Of a stretch of 32,449 bases of DNA, positions 25,616 to 32,449 are shown one piece after another. Positions within the stretch are counted from its first letter, which is position 1. Every line of letters starts with the position of its first letter. Location: IMG/VR virus record IMGVR_UViG_3300033067_000567, positions 1 to 32,449 of that record. One strand, 5' to 3'. Source of the stretch: a virus. Taxonomy: Duplodnaviria > Caudoviricetes. The position numbers and the translations under genes are program-made. The notes beneath the pieces were generated by a model. That model was not told the origin of the DNA and did no database searches. It worked only from the letters and a program-made list of their open reading frames with translations.

Positions 25616-27214
25616 TTAATCAGTAAGGGTTAGGTCAACATCACGCAACGGTAAGCGAGTGAGTGTGGATCGCTCTGGCAATGTCACGCCCATGTCACGC
25701 GCGGAAACGTTGATTAGCACATTGCGCGGCGGGAGGGTGGCGGAGAGGTCGCGGGCCGCGAGAGTCAGCACAACATAGGTGTAAACCGCGCCACTCAAGA
25801 CCGAACTGGACAGCGTAGCCGTGCCAAGCGTCTGCGTCAGCGTGCCAACGATGGCAACCGATGCCGCGCTACTGCTTACCACTTCGCCCAGCGTCACCGA
25901 TACCGCGCCCGTAACAGGCGCAACCGCCGAACTACTCACAGTCGCGCTGCCAAGCGTCTGCGATAGGCTGAGGTCAATCAGCGCCGACGCACTAGACGAT
26001 AGGCTGGCTGCGTCCAGCGTGGCCGTTGTGCTGGCAGTGTTCGCTACGGCGACATTGCTCGAAAGTGCCACCGCGTCCAGCGTTGATGACACTGTGCCGG
26101 TCACTAAAACGGTGGCCGTGCTGCTCAACGTGGCCGCGCCAAGCGTCTGATTGAGCGTTAAGCCCGACTCCTGTGTGGCGGTGCTGTTTAGCGTCACCGC
26201 GCCGAGTGTTTGGCCGAGGCTCGCGGCGATGGCAACCGATGCGCTAGACGATGCCGTAAGCGTGCCGAGTGTGGCGGTGAGTGTTGCTGATACCTCTACA
26301 GCCGCGCCACTGGATAGCGCGGCATTGCCAAGCGTGCTATCTACCGCCCCACTCACCCCCGCCGCTGCATTGCTGCTCAGTGTGGCCGCATCTAGGGTTG
26401 CATTAACGCTGGCCGTATTCGCGCTACCGATGGTGGCCGATAGGGTCGCTTCGCCAAGTGTTTGGGCGAGGCTGGCTGTATTGGATACTGTCGCCGCGCT
26501 CGAAAGCGTGGCCGCGTCTAGCGTGACGGTTAATGTGCCATTGCTGGCAACTGCCGCGCTGCTTGATAGGGTTACGCTGTCGAGGGTGGCCGTGAGGCTT
26601 GCGCTATTGCTGACCGTGCCAGTGCTAGAAAGCGTCGCAGCATCTAGCGTTTGGGTGAGTGTTGCGCCAACTGAGACGATGGCCGTGCTGGATGCGGTCA
26701 GCGCATCTAGTGCCTGCGTCAGTGCGGCATTGTTCGCAACGGTGGCACTGGACGACAGCGCAACCACGCCCAACGCGACATTGACCGCCCCACTGTTGGA
26801 TACCGTTGCGGCACTTGTGAGTGTGGCCGTCCCTAGCGTAGCTGATAGGCTGGCCCCAACTGATACCGTCGCACTACTGGACGATGTAACCGCGCCGAGC
26901 GTTTGATTGAGGGTTGCCCCAATGCCAACGGTAGCCGATGCGCTCACCGTGGCCGCGTCAAGCGTCTGTGCCAATGCACCAGCAACATCCGCAACGGCAC
27001 TAGACGACACTGTGGCGGCCCCCAGCGTTGCAGTGAGCGTGGCACTATTACTGACCGTGACACTGCTAGAACTGGTCGCAGCGCCAAGGGTGGCCGTGAC
27101 ACTCGCGGCCACATCAACCGTTGCGCCACTCGACAGTGTGACACTCCCCAGCGTCGCCGTTAGGGACGCGGTGAGGTCAGATGATGCCGGTAACGGCTGA
27201 TAAAACCAAGACAT
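25616..27214 (-). CDS. Ala/Ser/Thr/Val-rich repeat protein, candidate fibre scaffold
   Basis: 532 aa with about 20 repeats of ~22 aa (xLxxTL[G/D]xATLSSxATV) and C-terminal 9-aa [T/L]LPxR-type repeats. Confidence 0.75.
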   Translation of the reverse strand: MSWFYQPLPASSDLTASLTATLGSVTLSSGATVDVAASVTATLGAATSSSSVTVSNSATLTATLGAATVSSSAVADVAGALAQTLDAATVSASATVGIGATLNQTLGAVTSSSSATVSVGASLSATLGTATLTSAATVSNSGAVNVALGVVALSSSATVANNAALTQALDALTASSTAIVSVGATLTQTLDAATLSSTGTVSNSASLTATLDSVTLSSSAAVASNGTLTVTLDAATLSSAATVSNTASLAQTLGEATLSATIGSANTASVNATLDAATLSSNAAAGVSGAVDSTLGNAALSSGAAVEVSATLTATLGTLTASSSASVAIAASLGQTLGAVTLNSTATQESGLTLNQTLGAATLSSTATVLVTGTVSSTLDAVALSSNVAVANTASTTATLDAASLSSSASALIDLSLSQTLGSATVSSSAVAPVTGAVSVTLGEVVSSSAASVAIVGTLTQTLGTATLSSSVLSGAVYTYVVLTLAARDLSATLPPRNVLINVSARDMGVTLPERSTLTRLPLRDVDLTLTD

Positions 27215-27225
27215 TCAGGTTGCGC

Positions 27226-27624
27226 TTATGCGTTTGCGTCGGTCAGGGTGAAGGTTGAAACGGTGATGGTTTGTCCCGATGCAATCGACGTGTTGTCGAT
27301 AATCATGTCTGTACCAGATGTGCCGACCGTGCCTTGAATATGGCAGGTTGACCCGCCCGAATCCTTGATGCGGAAGTGAGCTGCCGTACCAGTGCCGGAC
27401 GCGGCCACTGACCACGTGCCCGACTTGGCCTTGCTGCCTGACGATGCCGCTGCCATCCAGTCAGACGGAAGGGCAAGGGTTGCCAACAATGACCCGCTAT
27501 CGGCAGTTGCACAATCCGCCGGGGCTGACCCAGTGCGGATATAGAGGTTTGCGCTCGTGCCGACTGTGGTTTCGATTGCATCCAATCGGGCATTGCGTGC
27601 TGAAACTGATAACTGAATTGCCAT
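27226..27624 (-). CDS. conserved phage virion structural (fibre subunit-like) protein
   Basis: ARNARLDAI...LYIRTGSAPA...LLATL...GTAAHFRI...QGTVG...IASGQTITVSTFT, a pattern recognised from phage structural proteins. SD AGGAG. Confidence 0.75.
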   Translation of the reverse strand: MAIQLSVSARNARLDAIETTVGTSANLYIRTGSAPADCATADSGSLLATLALPSDWMAAASSGSKAKSGTWSVAASGTGTAAHFRIKDSGGSTCHIQGTVGTSGTDMIIDNTSIASGQTITVSTFTLTDANA

Positions 27625-27643
27625 TTGTAAAAACTCCTGTGTA

Positions 27644-27991
27644 TCAAACTGCTCTAACGCTGGCGATGATGGTGCGATCCGTGCCAGCGAGTTTTTTAAC
27701 TGTTACATCCCATCCGTGCATCACCATCAGTGCAGGCAGGACGAAATACCGCGCTTGCGCTCCGGTCAGAATCGCCTCATAGATCACGCCCTGCGTGCCA
27801 CCGCTGATGACTTTCTCATAGACGCGAATCTGGTATTGATCACCCGCCGCCATGTTTTGCAGGCTGAACCATGCCTGTATGGTGTAGTCGGTCGTCTGCG
27901 GTGAACCGCTGGAATAGGTTGTCGCAGTCGGGACGCTGATTTCGGTCGTGCCGACTGAGGCGTTGAGGGTGAATAGTTCTGATGGGGCCAT
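27644..27991 (-). CDS. hypothetical beta-rich virion protein
   Basis: 115 aa, tightly packed within the cassette. Confidence 0.65.
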   Translation of the reverse strand: MAPSELFTLNASVGTTEISVPTATTYSSGSPQTTDYTIQAWFSLQNMAAGDQYQIRVYEKVISGGTQGVIYEAILTGAQARYFVLPALMVMHGWDVTVKKLAGTDRTIIASVRAV

Positions 27992-27993
27992 AG

Positions 27994-28839
27994 TTACCTG
28001 CCTGCGTAGACGATGCCAGAATAGTTGCTGTTGAGTGAACCGCTGGATTGCGCCCGCATGTAAAGCCCTACCCCGCTTGGCGCGTCACGTTCGCAGCCAT
28101 CGGCAGGCGCGAGCGCGTTGTTGAGACGGTTGGCGGTATCGCAGCCAAATGGTTGATCCGCAATGATGATGTCGTAGTTTGATCCATCACCGATAGCAAA
28201 CTCAACGTAATACAGGCGATCAGATGTGGACGATGTGTTAAACCCAAACCCCTGTTGCCAATACCAATAGGCCGCGCTGGTTGTGCCAATGCTTGTCCAT
28301 GATCCATCGTTGGTCGTGCCGGGGGTGATGGTTGTGCCGCAACTTGAGCCAGAAGTCACACCAAACGCAACAACCTCAGTAATAATTCGATGCGCCTCTG
28401 GATTCTTGGGCAACCCAAACAGCGTAATCATCACGTTACAGGTTGACACGGTGGCATTGTTGACGCTGGCCCGAATCGCAACCGTCGCGCCTGATTTGAT
28501 GCGCAATGGGAAGTAGTAATAAATCCCGCCCTTGTTCGGCGTGATTGCCATACAGCCAATGAGGTCGGGGATTTTGACCGTATAACTTGTGCCGCCCGCG
28601 TCATCCACACCAATGTCTACCAGCGTATCGCGTGCGTTGCTGCTGCTGCTGTTGGCGTTAATCTGAATCAGTATGCCGCACGCCTCATTCGCAATCGCGC
28701 TAAACGCCTGCGCCCAACTGCCCTTGCTATTATTCCCCGGCGTACACTGTGTGCCAACCGCCGTGGTGCTTGGGCGCGTTGACCCCTGATTGGTGATACG
28801 CCAGCCAAAGTCTCGGCCATCGCTAAATGTATTAAGCAT
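27994..28839 (-). CDS. hypothetical two-domain beta-sandwich protein (candidate fibre tip)
   Basis: 281 aa with an internal duplication: GTQCTPGNNSKGSW...DIGV...Y and GTTITPGTTNDGSW...EFAIG...Y. Confidence 0.7.
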   Translation of the reverse strand: MLNTFSDGRDFGWRITNQGSTRPSTTAVGTQCTPGNNSKGSWAQAFSAIANEACGILIQINANSSSSNARDTLVDIGVDDAGGTSYTVKIPDLIGCMAITPNKGGIYYYFPLRIKSGATVAIRASVNNATVSTCNVMITLFGLPKNPEAHRIITEVVAFGVTSGSSCGTTITPGTTNDGSWTSIGTTSAAYWYWQQGFGFNTSSTSDRLYYVEFAIGDGSNYDIIIADQPFGCDTANRLNNALAPADGCERDAPSGVGLYMRAQSSGSLNSNYSGIVYAGR

Positions 28840-28993
28840 AGAGCCACCACACGGTTACACCTACAATGGCGGCACAAAACGCGCACACGGCAACAATCAA
28901 CACGGCCCCGCCGATGAGGTCGAATTTATTAAATGGCATTGCCGGTTTAGTTGTAGGAGACTCGCGGCGATCTGTGCTGGTTATTTGTGCCAT
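28832..28993 (-). CDS. small single-TM protein (53 aa), not in ORF track
   Basis: MAQITSTDRRESPTTKPAMPFNKFDLIGGAVLIVAVCAFCAAIVGVTVWWLYA. Its stop overlaps the next start (ATGCTTAA). Confidence 0.6.
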   Translation of the reverse strand: MAQITSTDRRESPTTKPAMPFNKFDLIGGAVLIVAVCAFCAAIVGVTVWWLYA

Positions 28994-29003
28994 TGTCTAC
29001 GCC

Positions 29004-29079
29004 GGAAAACGAAAAGCGGCTCATGCCTATACAGGCACAAGCCGCGCAGGATTTGCTCTGGATTGTGTCGCAATTTTAC
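29004..29079 (-). promoter_or_regulatory. late leader cassette B: -10 box, conserved 20-mer, terminator hairpin
   Basis: TAAAAT (29073-29078), CCAGAGCAAATCCTGCGCGG (29042-29061), a 13-bp stem GCGGCTTGTGCCT/AGGCATGAGCCGC with two G-U pairs, then TTTTCGTTTTCC. Confidence 0.8.
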
Positions 29080-29264
29080 CGCTGAACTGCGGTTAGATTG
29101 ATGCTTTCGATAACTCGTTCGGCCCATACGCGGTTGTCTTTGATGTTGACTTGTTCAAATCGAACAACGCCCGATTGGGTCAATTTCATGGCCTCTCTGA
29201 GTAATTCCACCCACGCTTTCTCTAGTGGAGTAAGCATTTCGGGCGTTTTGGTTTGTTGTGTCAT
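29076..29264 (-). CDS. small protein (62 aa), loosely DUF2292/YezD-like
   Basis: Helix followed by short beta strands (SGVVRFEQVNIKDNRVWAERVIESI). Its stop codon forms part of the -10 box of cassette B. Family resemblance judged by eye only. Confidence 0.6.
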   Translation of the reverse strand: MTQQTKTPEMLTPLEKAWVELLREAMKLTQSGVVRFEQVNIKDNRVWAERVIESINLTAVQR

Positions 29265-29267
29265 AGG

Positions 29268-29363
29268 TTAATTTGCCATTACGAACAGACAGCCGAAAAA
29301 GCTGGCCCACGCCAGCAGCAAAACAACCACAACGATTTCAACGTTCTTTGATGCGCGTTCCAT
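29268..29363 (-). CDS. small single-TM peptide (31 aa)
   Basis: SD AAGGGGG, then MERASKNVEIVVVVLLLAWASFFGCLFVMAN. Confidence 0.5.
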   Translation of the reverse strand: MERASKNVEIVVVVLLLAWASFFGCLFVMAN

Positions 29364-29380
29364 GTAGCCCCCTTGTAGAT

Positions 29381-29458
29381 TCATAGCCATCGTTGCACCA
29401 CCAGCGCCACGAGTAGCGCCACGTCCAGCATAGCGATGCGGCGAATCCATCTAGCCAT
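29381..29458 (-). CDS. small hydrophobic peptide (25 aa), not in ORF track
   Basis: MARWIRRIAMLDVALLVALVVQRWL. Its start overlaps the upstream stop (ATGGCTAG). Confidence 0.4.
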   Translation of the reverse strand: MARWIRRIAMLDVALLVALVVQRWL

Positions 29459-29591
29459 TGCCCCGCTGCGCCTCCACTAGTTTCGCCTTCGCCTCAATCA
29501 ATCGCGCAGCGCCCAGCGCGATAAACCCGAAACAGCCGCAGAGTAAAAACGCGGCAGCGGCGCAACTCAATCCGATTTGAATAATGTTCAT
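29451..29591 (-). CDS. small single-TM protein (46 aa), not in ORF track
   Basis: MNIIQIGLSCAAAAFLLCGCFGFIALGAARLIEAKAKLVEAQRGNG. ATGA overlap with the upstream stop. Confidence 0.55.
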   Translation of the reverse strand: MNIIQIGLSCAAAAFLLCGCFGFIALGAARLIEAKAKLVEAQRGNG

Positions 29592-30376
29592 GGTGCAGGT
29601 GTTTCCGTCTCCTCTGGCACAGGTGTCGCCAACGGGCTTTGCAGCGGCCCATCTGTGACCGTCACCAGTGCAGGTGGCGTAACTGTCGCCTCCTCCGTCG
29701 CGCTCGGCTCAATCGTCGGCGTGTTCGTGTCGCTCGGCTGCGGTGTGCTGGTGTGAATCGGCGCAACTGTCGGCCACGGTGTTGGATGCTCGGTAATCGT
29801 TGGCGCGTCGGTTGGATACGGTGTCGGCGTGGCGGTAAATATCGCGGCCCATGTCGATTCGTCCGCCGTGGCCGCGAGTGTTTCAACCACCAGCACAACA
29901 GGCGTAGCGCTCGGTGTGCCACTCGGCCACGCGCTAGGCGATGCAATTGGAGTTGCGACGGCTGGCGTAACAGTGCCACCAGCCGCCGCGTATATGCCCG
30001 CGCTAACCGGCGCGGTGTCAAGAGGAACTATGTGCTGCGGCGATGGAATAGACGTTGGGTAAACGGTCTCGTTGTATGTGGACGACGCGCCTAACACCTC
30101 AGCGGTGGGCGCTTGTTCGTGTAGCGGGATGGCATAGCCTGATACGGCGTTCATCTGCTCGCGGCTCACTGGGATCGTTACATCTACAGCGAGCGTGGTC
30201 TGTATCTTCTGCTCTGCGATGCGGGTGGCGGTTGCCTGCAACACCTCAACCGTGTGGGCCTCAGCAACGTTGGCGCTTACCTGCTCACCGATCATGTGCG
30301 TGGTTATCCCTGTTGCGCTACCAACAGCTAAGGCAAAAATGCCGCTTGCCAGCGTGGACAAGAGAGAGAGTTTCAC
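29588..30376 (-). CDS. exported or membrane-anchored Pro/Thr-rich protein
   Basis: N-terminal hydrophobic segment, TATPTP-type low-complexity region, C-terminal SPLATP. GTGA overlap with the upstream gene. Confidence 0.75.
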   Translation of the reverse strand: MKLSLLSTLASGIFALAVGSATGITTHMIGEQVSANVAEAHTVEVLQATATRIAEQKIQTTLAVDVTIPVSREQMNAVSGYAIPLHEQAPTAEVLGASSTYNETVYPTSIPSPQHIVPLDTAPVSAGIYAAAGGTVTPAVATPIASPSAWPSGTPSATPVVLVVETLAATADESTWAAIFTATPTPYPTDAPTITEHPTPWPTVAPIHTSTPQPSDTNTPTIEPSATEEATVTPPALVTVTDGPLQSPLATPVPEETETPAP

Positions 30377-30696
30377 CGCTTGCCTCGCTTCGGCTTTTCG
30401 GTTGTGTCGTCAAGGGGATTAGGCTCATGCTCGATGTGGTCAATCTTTTGCTTTTGCAATGCGTCCGCTTCTGGTCGTGCATAGATACCACGCTCAAAAT
30501 TTAGCTCCCCTTTCAGGTCTGCAATCTCGCCCAACATGACTTCGATTTTGTCGTCTTTGTTCTTGTTCTCTTGCCTCAGTGTTTTGTTCTCCGCTTTGAG
30601 TTCGGCTATCTGCGCGTCCTTCGTGCGATTGACAACAACGAACGCGACCGCGCCAGAGCCTATTGCGGCAACAACACTGATGACCTCGATGACCAT
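30373..30696 (-). CDS. N-terminal TM plus coiled-coil protein (lysis-module associated)
   Basis: TM segment at about residues 2-22, then heptads IAELKAENKTLRQEN...IADLKGEL. Directly after the holin. Confidence 0.7.
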   Translation of the reverse strand: MVIEVISVVAAIGSGAVAFVVVNRTKDAQIAELKAENKTLRQENKNKDDKIEVMLGEIADLKGELNFERGIYARPEADALQKQKIDHIEHEPNPLDDTTEKPKRGKR

Positions 30697-30713
30697 TTAA
30701 CGACAAACACCCT

Positions 30714-31049
30714 TTACGAATCTCCGCGAATCGAATCAGCTTTTAACGCTCTAAACTCCTGCGTCTTTTGCATCCCATGCCCAATCTGCGACGCAAGGAT
30801 GTTGAGGATAGGCAATAGCGCTTTCACATACGGATCGACCGCATCATTGATAAACGGGTTGCGGGCAGTGATGGATTGCACATACACCGCAACCAGCGCC
30901 AGCACAGCCGACACGCCGAACACGCTGACCATGCGGCCATTCGGTGTGAGGCTTTTGAACCAGTCGAATTGTTCCAGCACGCGAGACGCAACCACAGACG
31001 CGCCGCCGCTGATGATGTAGATGAGTAGCGATGTCAAATCTGAAACCAT
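30714..31049 (-). CDS. putative holin
   Basis: 111 aa from the ATG at 31049 (SD GGAGGT), with 2-3 hydrophobic helices, WFKSL and a charged C-terminus. Confidence 0.7.
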   Translation of the reverse strand: MVSDLTSLLIYIISGGASVVASRVLEQFDWFKSLTPNGRMVSVFGVSAVLALVAVYVQSITARNPFINDAVDPYVKALLPILNILASQIGHGMQKTQEFRALKADSIRGDS

Positions 31050-31058
31050 ATACCTCCC

Positions 31059-31134
31059 GGAAAACAAACAAGCGACGACACCCGTTAGGATGCCGTCGCG
31101 GTGACAGCGAAATATTGAATTGGCTTGATTATAC
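31059..31134 (-). promoter_or_regulatory. late leader cassette C: -10 box and terminator hairpin
   Basis: TATAAT (31128-31133), a 12-bp stem GCGACGGCATCC/GGGTGTCGTCGC with two G-U pairs (31072-31099), TTGTTTGTTTTCC, then the holin SD. Confidence 0.75.
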
Positions 31135-31137
31135 GGC

Positions 31138-31347
31138 TTACCCTTGCGCCGCCAACACTGCCCCATCAAATGCAATCGTGCTGCGCACCGATGAGCCTGA
31201 GCGCTTGAGTGTAATTTGCCACGCCGTGCGCAACAGTTCGGCGCGATCCATGCCGCGCAATACCTGCAACAGTTCAGTCACGGCGCGAAGTTCTTCGTCA
31301 TTGCTCACGATGACGCGCTGGGGGTAATCGGTTTGTGTCTGTGTCAT
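31138..31347 (-). CDS. hypothetical protein (69 aa)
   Basis: ATGA overlap with the upstream gene. Ends 4 nt before the -10 box of cassette C. Confidence 0.65.
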   Translation of the reverse strand: MTQTQTDYPQRVIVSNDEELRAVTELLQVLRGMDRAELLRTAWQITLKRSGSSVRSTIAFDGAVLAAQG

Positions 31348-31625
31348 AGAGTGATTTCATAGGCGGATACGCTCGCCATCCGCCCGTTCATGGTTGGTAT
31401 CGGTTTGTTCCCCCCGAAACGCGCCTTCCCAATCTCAATCAATTTGCGAATCTCATCACGCGCTCTGTCGATATTTACCCTGCGCTTTGCCGCGTATTCG
31501 CGCACCGTCACCAGATGCGCCGCGCCCTCTACTGCGTCCTGATTGACGCTTGCCAACAGCGCTTGCAGTTCGCTTGCTGTTAGCCCCGGCAGTATCTCCG
31601 GTTCCGTCTGTTTTTGGCGTGCCAT
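31344..31625 (-). CDS. small winged-HTH-like protein
   Basis: SD GAGG, ATG at 31625. VTVREYAAKRRVNIDRARDEIRKLIEIG followed by a beta-hairpin. Confidence 0.6.
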   Translation of the reverse strand: MARQKQTEPEILPGLTASELQALLASVNQDAVEGAAHLVTVREYAAKRRVNIDRARDEIRKLIEIGKARFGGNKPIPTMNGRMASVSAYEITL

Positions 31626-32449
31626 GTTCAATCCTCACTATGTGCCTATGGTCTCTAATGACTTCATACTGAACGAGTTCATGCGCCGTCGTTCCATCGT
31701 CATAGATGCGTATCAACCAACAGCCAATGTCCGGCGGCTGATGCGGTCGGATGCGGTGTCCGTGGCTGGTTGATAGCTGCCAACATCCAGACGTTAGCGC
31801 GGTGGTATTCGTGCGGGTGTAATGCCCAAACGCGATGCGGTGTGTATGCCCTCGCAGAACGTAGCGCGGAATCGGTAGCCCGTTAAACATCGCCTCTACT
31901 GCCTGATCCGCCGCCTCTGCGCTGGCTGCGTTGTTTCTATTGCGATCTAACCCGCTGCCCCGCCCATGATGCGCAATGTTGAACTGCACCCCGCCAATTT
32001 CAGCCAGTGCCACCGGCCACACATGCAGCGCGGTATCGGGCGGGCGCACAACGTTCTTGCCTTGCGCACTAAACGTTTTGGCGATGATGTTTTCTATGCG
32101 CCCCTGCAAGCCCACATGTGCTTCCGTGCCACTGATGAACATCAGCCAGTTACACCATGCCGCGAGCGGGTCAATTGCCTCCACTCCTATGTCCGCGTGA
32201 TCCTCCTGCGATGCGCTGACTAGCTGAACCGTGCCGTGATGGTTGCCCTCGCTCAAATCACCGTTGAAAAGCCCAAACACTTTCACGCCCGAAAGCGCCT
32301 CACGTTTTACCCGCTGCCCTAAATCCTGCCAGCGCTCCCATAGCCAGCCCTGTGCCCTGTTCTGCCGAATCTCTAAGCCGTCGGCATTAACCCATTTCGG
32401 CGGGAATAGCGCAGTGCTGCCCCCACAATGCAAATCTCCGATGTCTACG
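31456..32449 (-). CDS. calcineurin-like metallophosphoesterase, 5'-truncated
   Basis: The frame is open to the window edge (VDIGDLHCGG). Motifs DxH, NGDLSEG, GTEAH, AHHG and RGHTH. Confidence 0.85.
   Translation of the reverse strand, partial: VDIGDLHCGGSTALFPPKWVNADGLEIRQNRAQGWLWERWQDLGQRVKREALSGVKVFGLFNGDLSEGNHHGTVQLVSASQEDHADIGVEAIDPLAAWCNWLMFISGTEAHVGLQGRIENIIAKTFSAQGKNVVRPPDTALHVWPVALAEIGGVQFNIAHHGRGSGLDRNRNNAASAEAADQAVEAMFNGLPIPRYVLRGHTHRIAFGHYTRTNTTALTSGCWQLSTSHGHRIRPHQPPDIGCWLIRIYDDGTTAHELVQYEVIRDHRHIVRIEHGTPKTDGTGDTAGANSKRTASAVGKRQSGRSRGRGASGDGARIRGKAQGKYRQSA

Noticed and set aside
25821-27200. Long plus-strand ORFs (109, 251, 97 aa) opposite the repeat protein
   Set aside because: Antisense shadows of a repetitive Ala/Ser/Thr/Val gene, with no SD or independent features.
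25616-27214. 66-nt periodicity resembling a CRISPR array
   Set aside because: The repeats are degenerate, in-frame protein repeats with no identical DNA repeat/unique spacer pattern.
29451-30696. Rz/Rz1-type spanin pair (TM coiled-coil plus LCGC lipobox-like peptide)
   Set aside because: The lipobox is non-canonical, there is no basic n-region, and the genes are neither nested nor adjacent. Kept only as part of the membrane cluster.
31050-31175. N-terminal extension of the holin ORF (listed start 31175)
   Set aside because: It spans the promoter and terminator. The strong SD GGAGGT supports ATG 31049.
1-32449. Stop-codon reassignment
   Set aside because: Genes are full length and densely packed under the standard bacterial code, and TAA, TAG and TGA all serve as stops.

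Overview
This window is the late (virion and lysis) region of a tailed, siphovirus-like phage or prophage, read almost entirely on the minus strand. From right to left it encodes a metallophosphoesterase (truncated), small ORFs, a holin and a cluster of membrane peptides, a five-gene fibre-like cassette, a ParB-DNA methyltransferase, TerS, TerL, an unusually long portal (918 aa), an HK97 gp10-like neck protein, a protease-scaffold-capsid fusion, a signal-peptide-bearing decoration-like protein, head-tail joining genes, two paralogous tail tube genes, a -1 frameshifted tail chaperone, tape measure, Dit, Tal/hub, a 1376-aa tail fibre, an SGNH esterase and two further tail-end genes. Two plus-strand genes converge on it at the left end. 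The most striking non-coding signal is a cassette found three times at the heads of late gene blocks: -10 box, short leader, terminator-like hairpin, then a U-tract ending GTTTTCC. Two copies share an exact 20-mer, which suggests an antitermination or attenuation system. Several protein motifs hint at a Chloroflexota host (inference). No integrase, endolysin, tRNA, CRISPR array or reverse transcriptase was recognised. All product calls come from motif and synteny recognition, not database searches.
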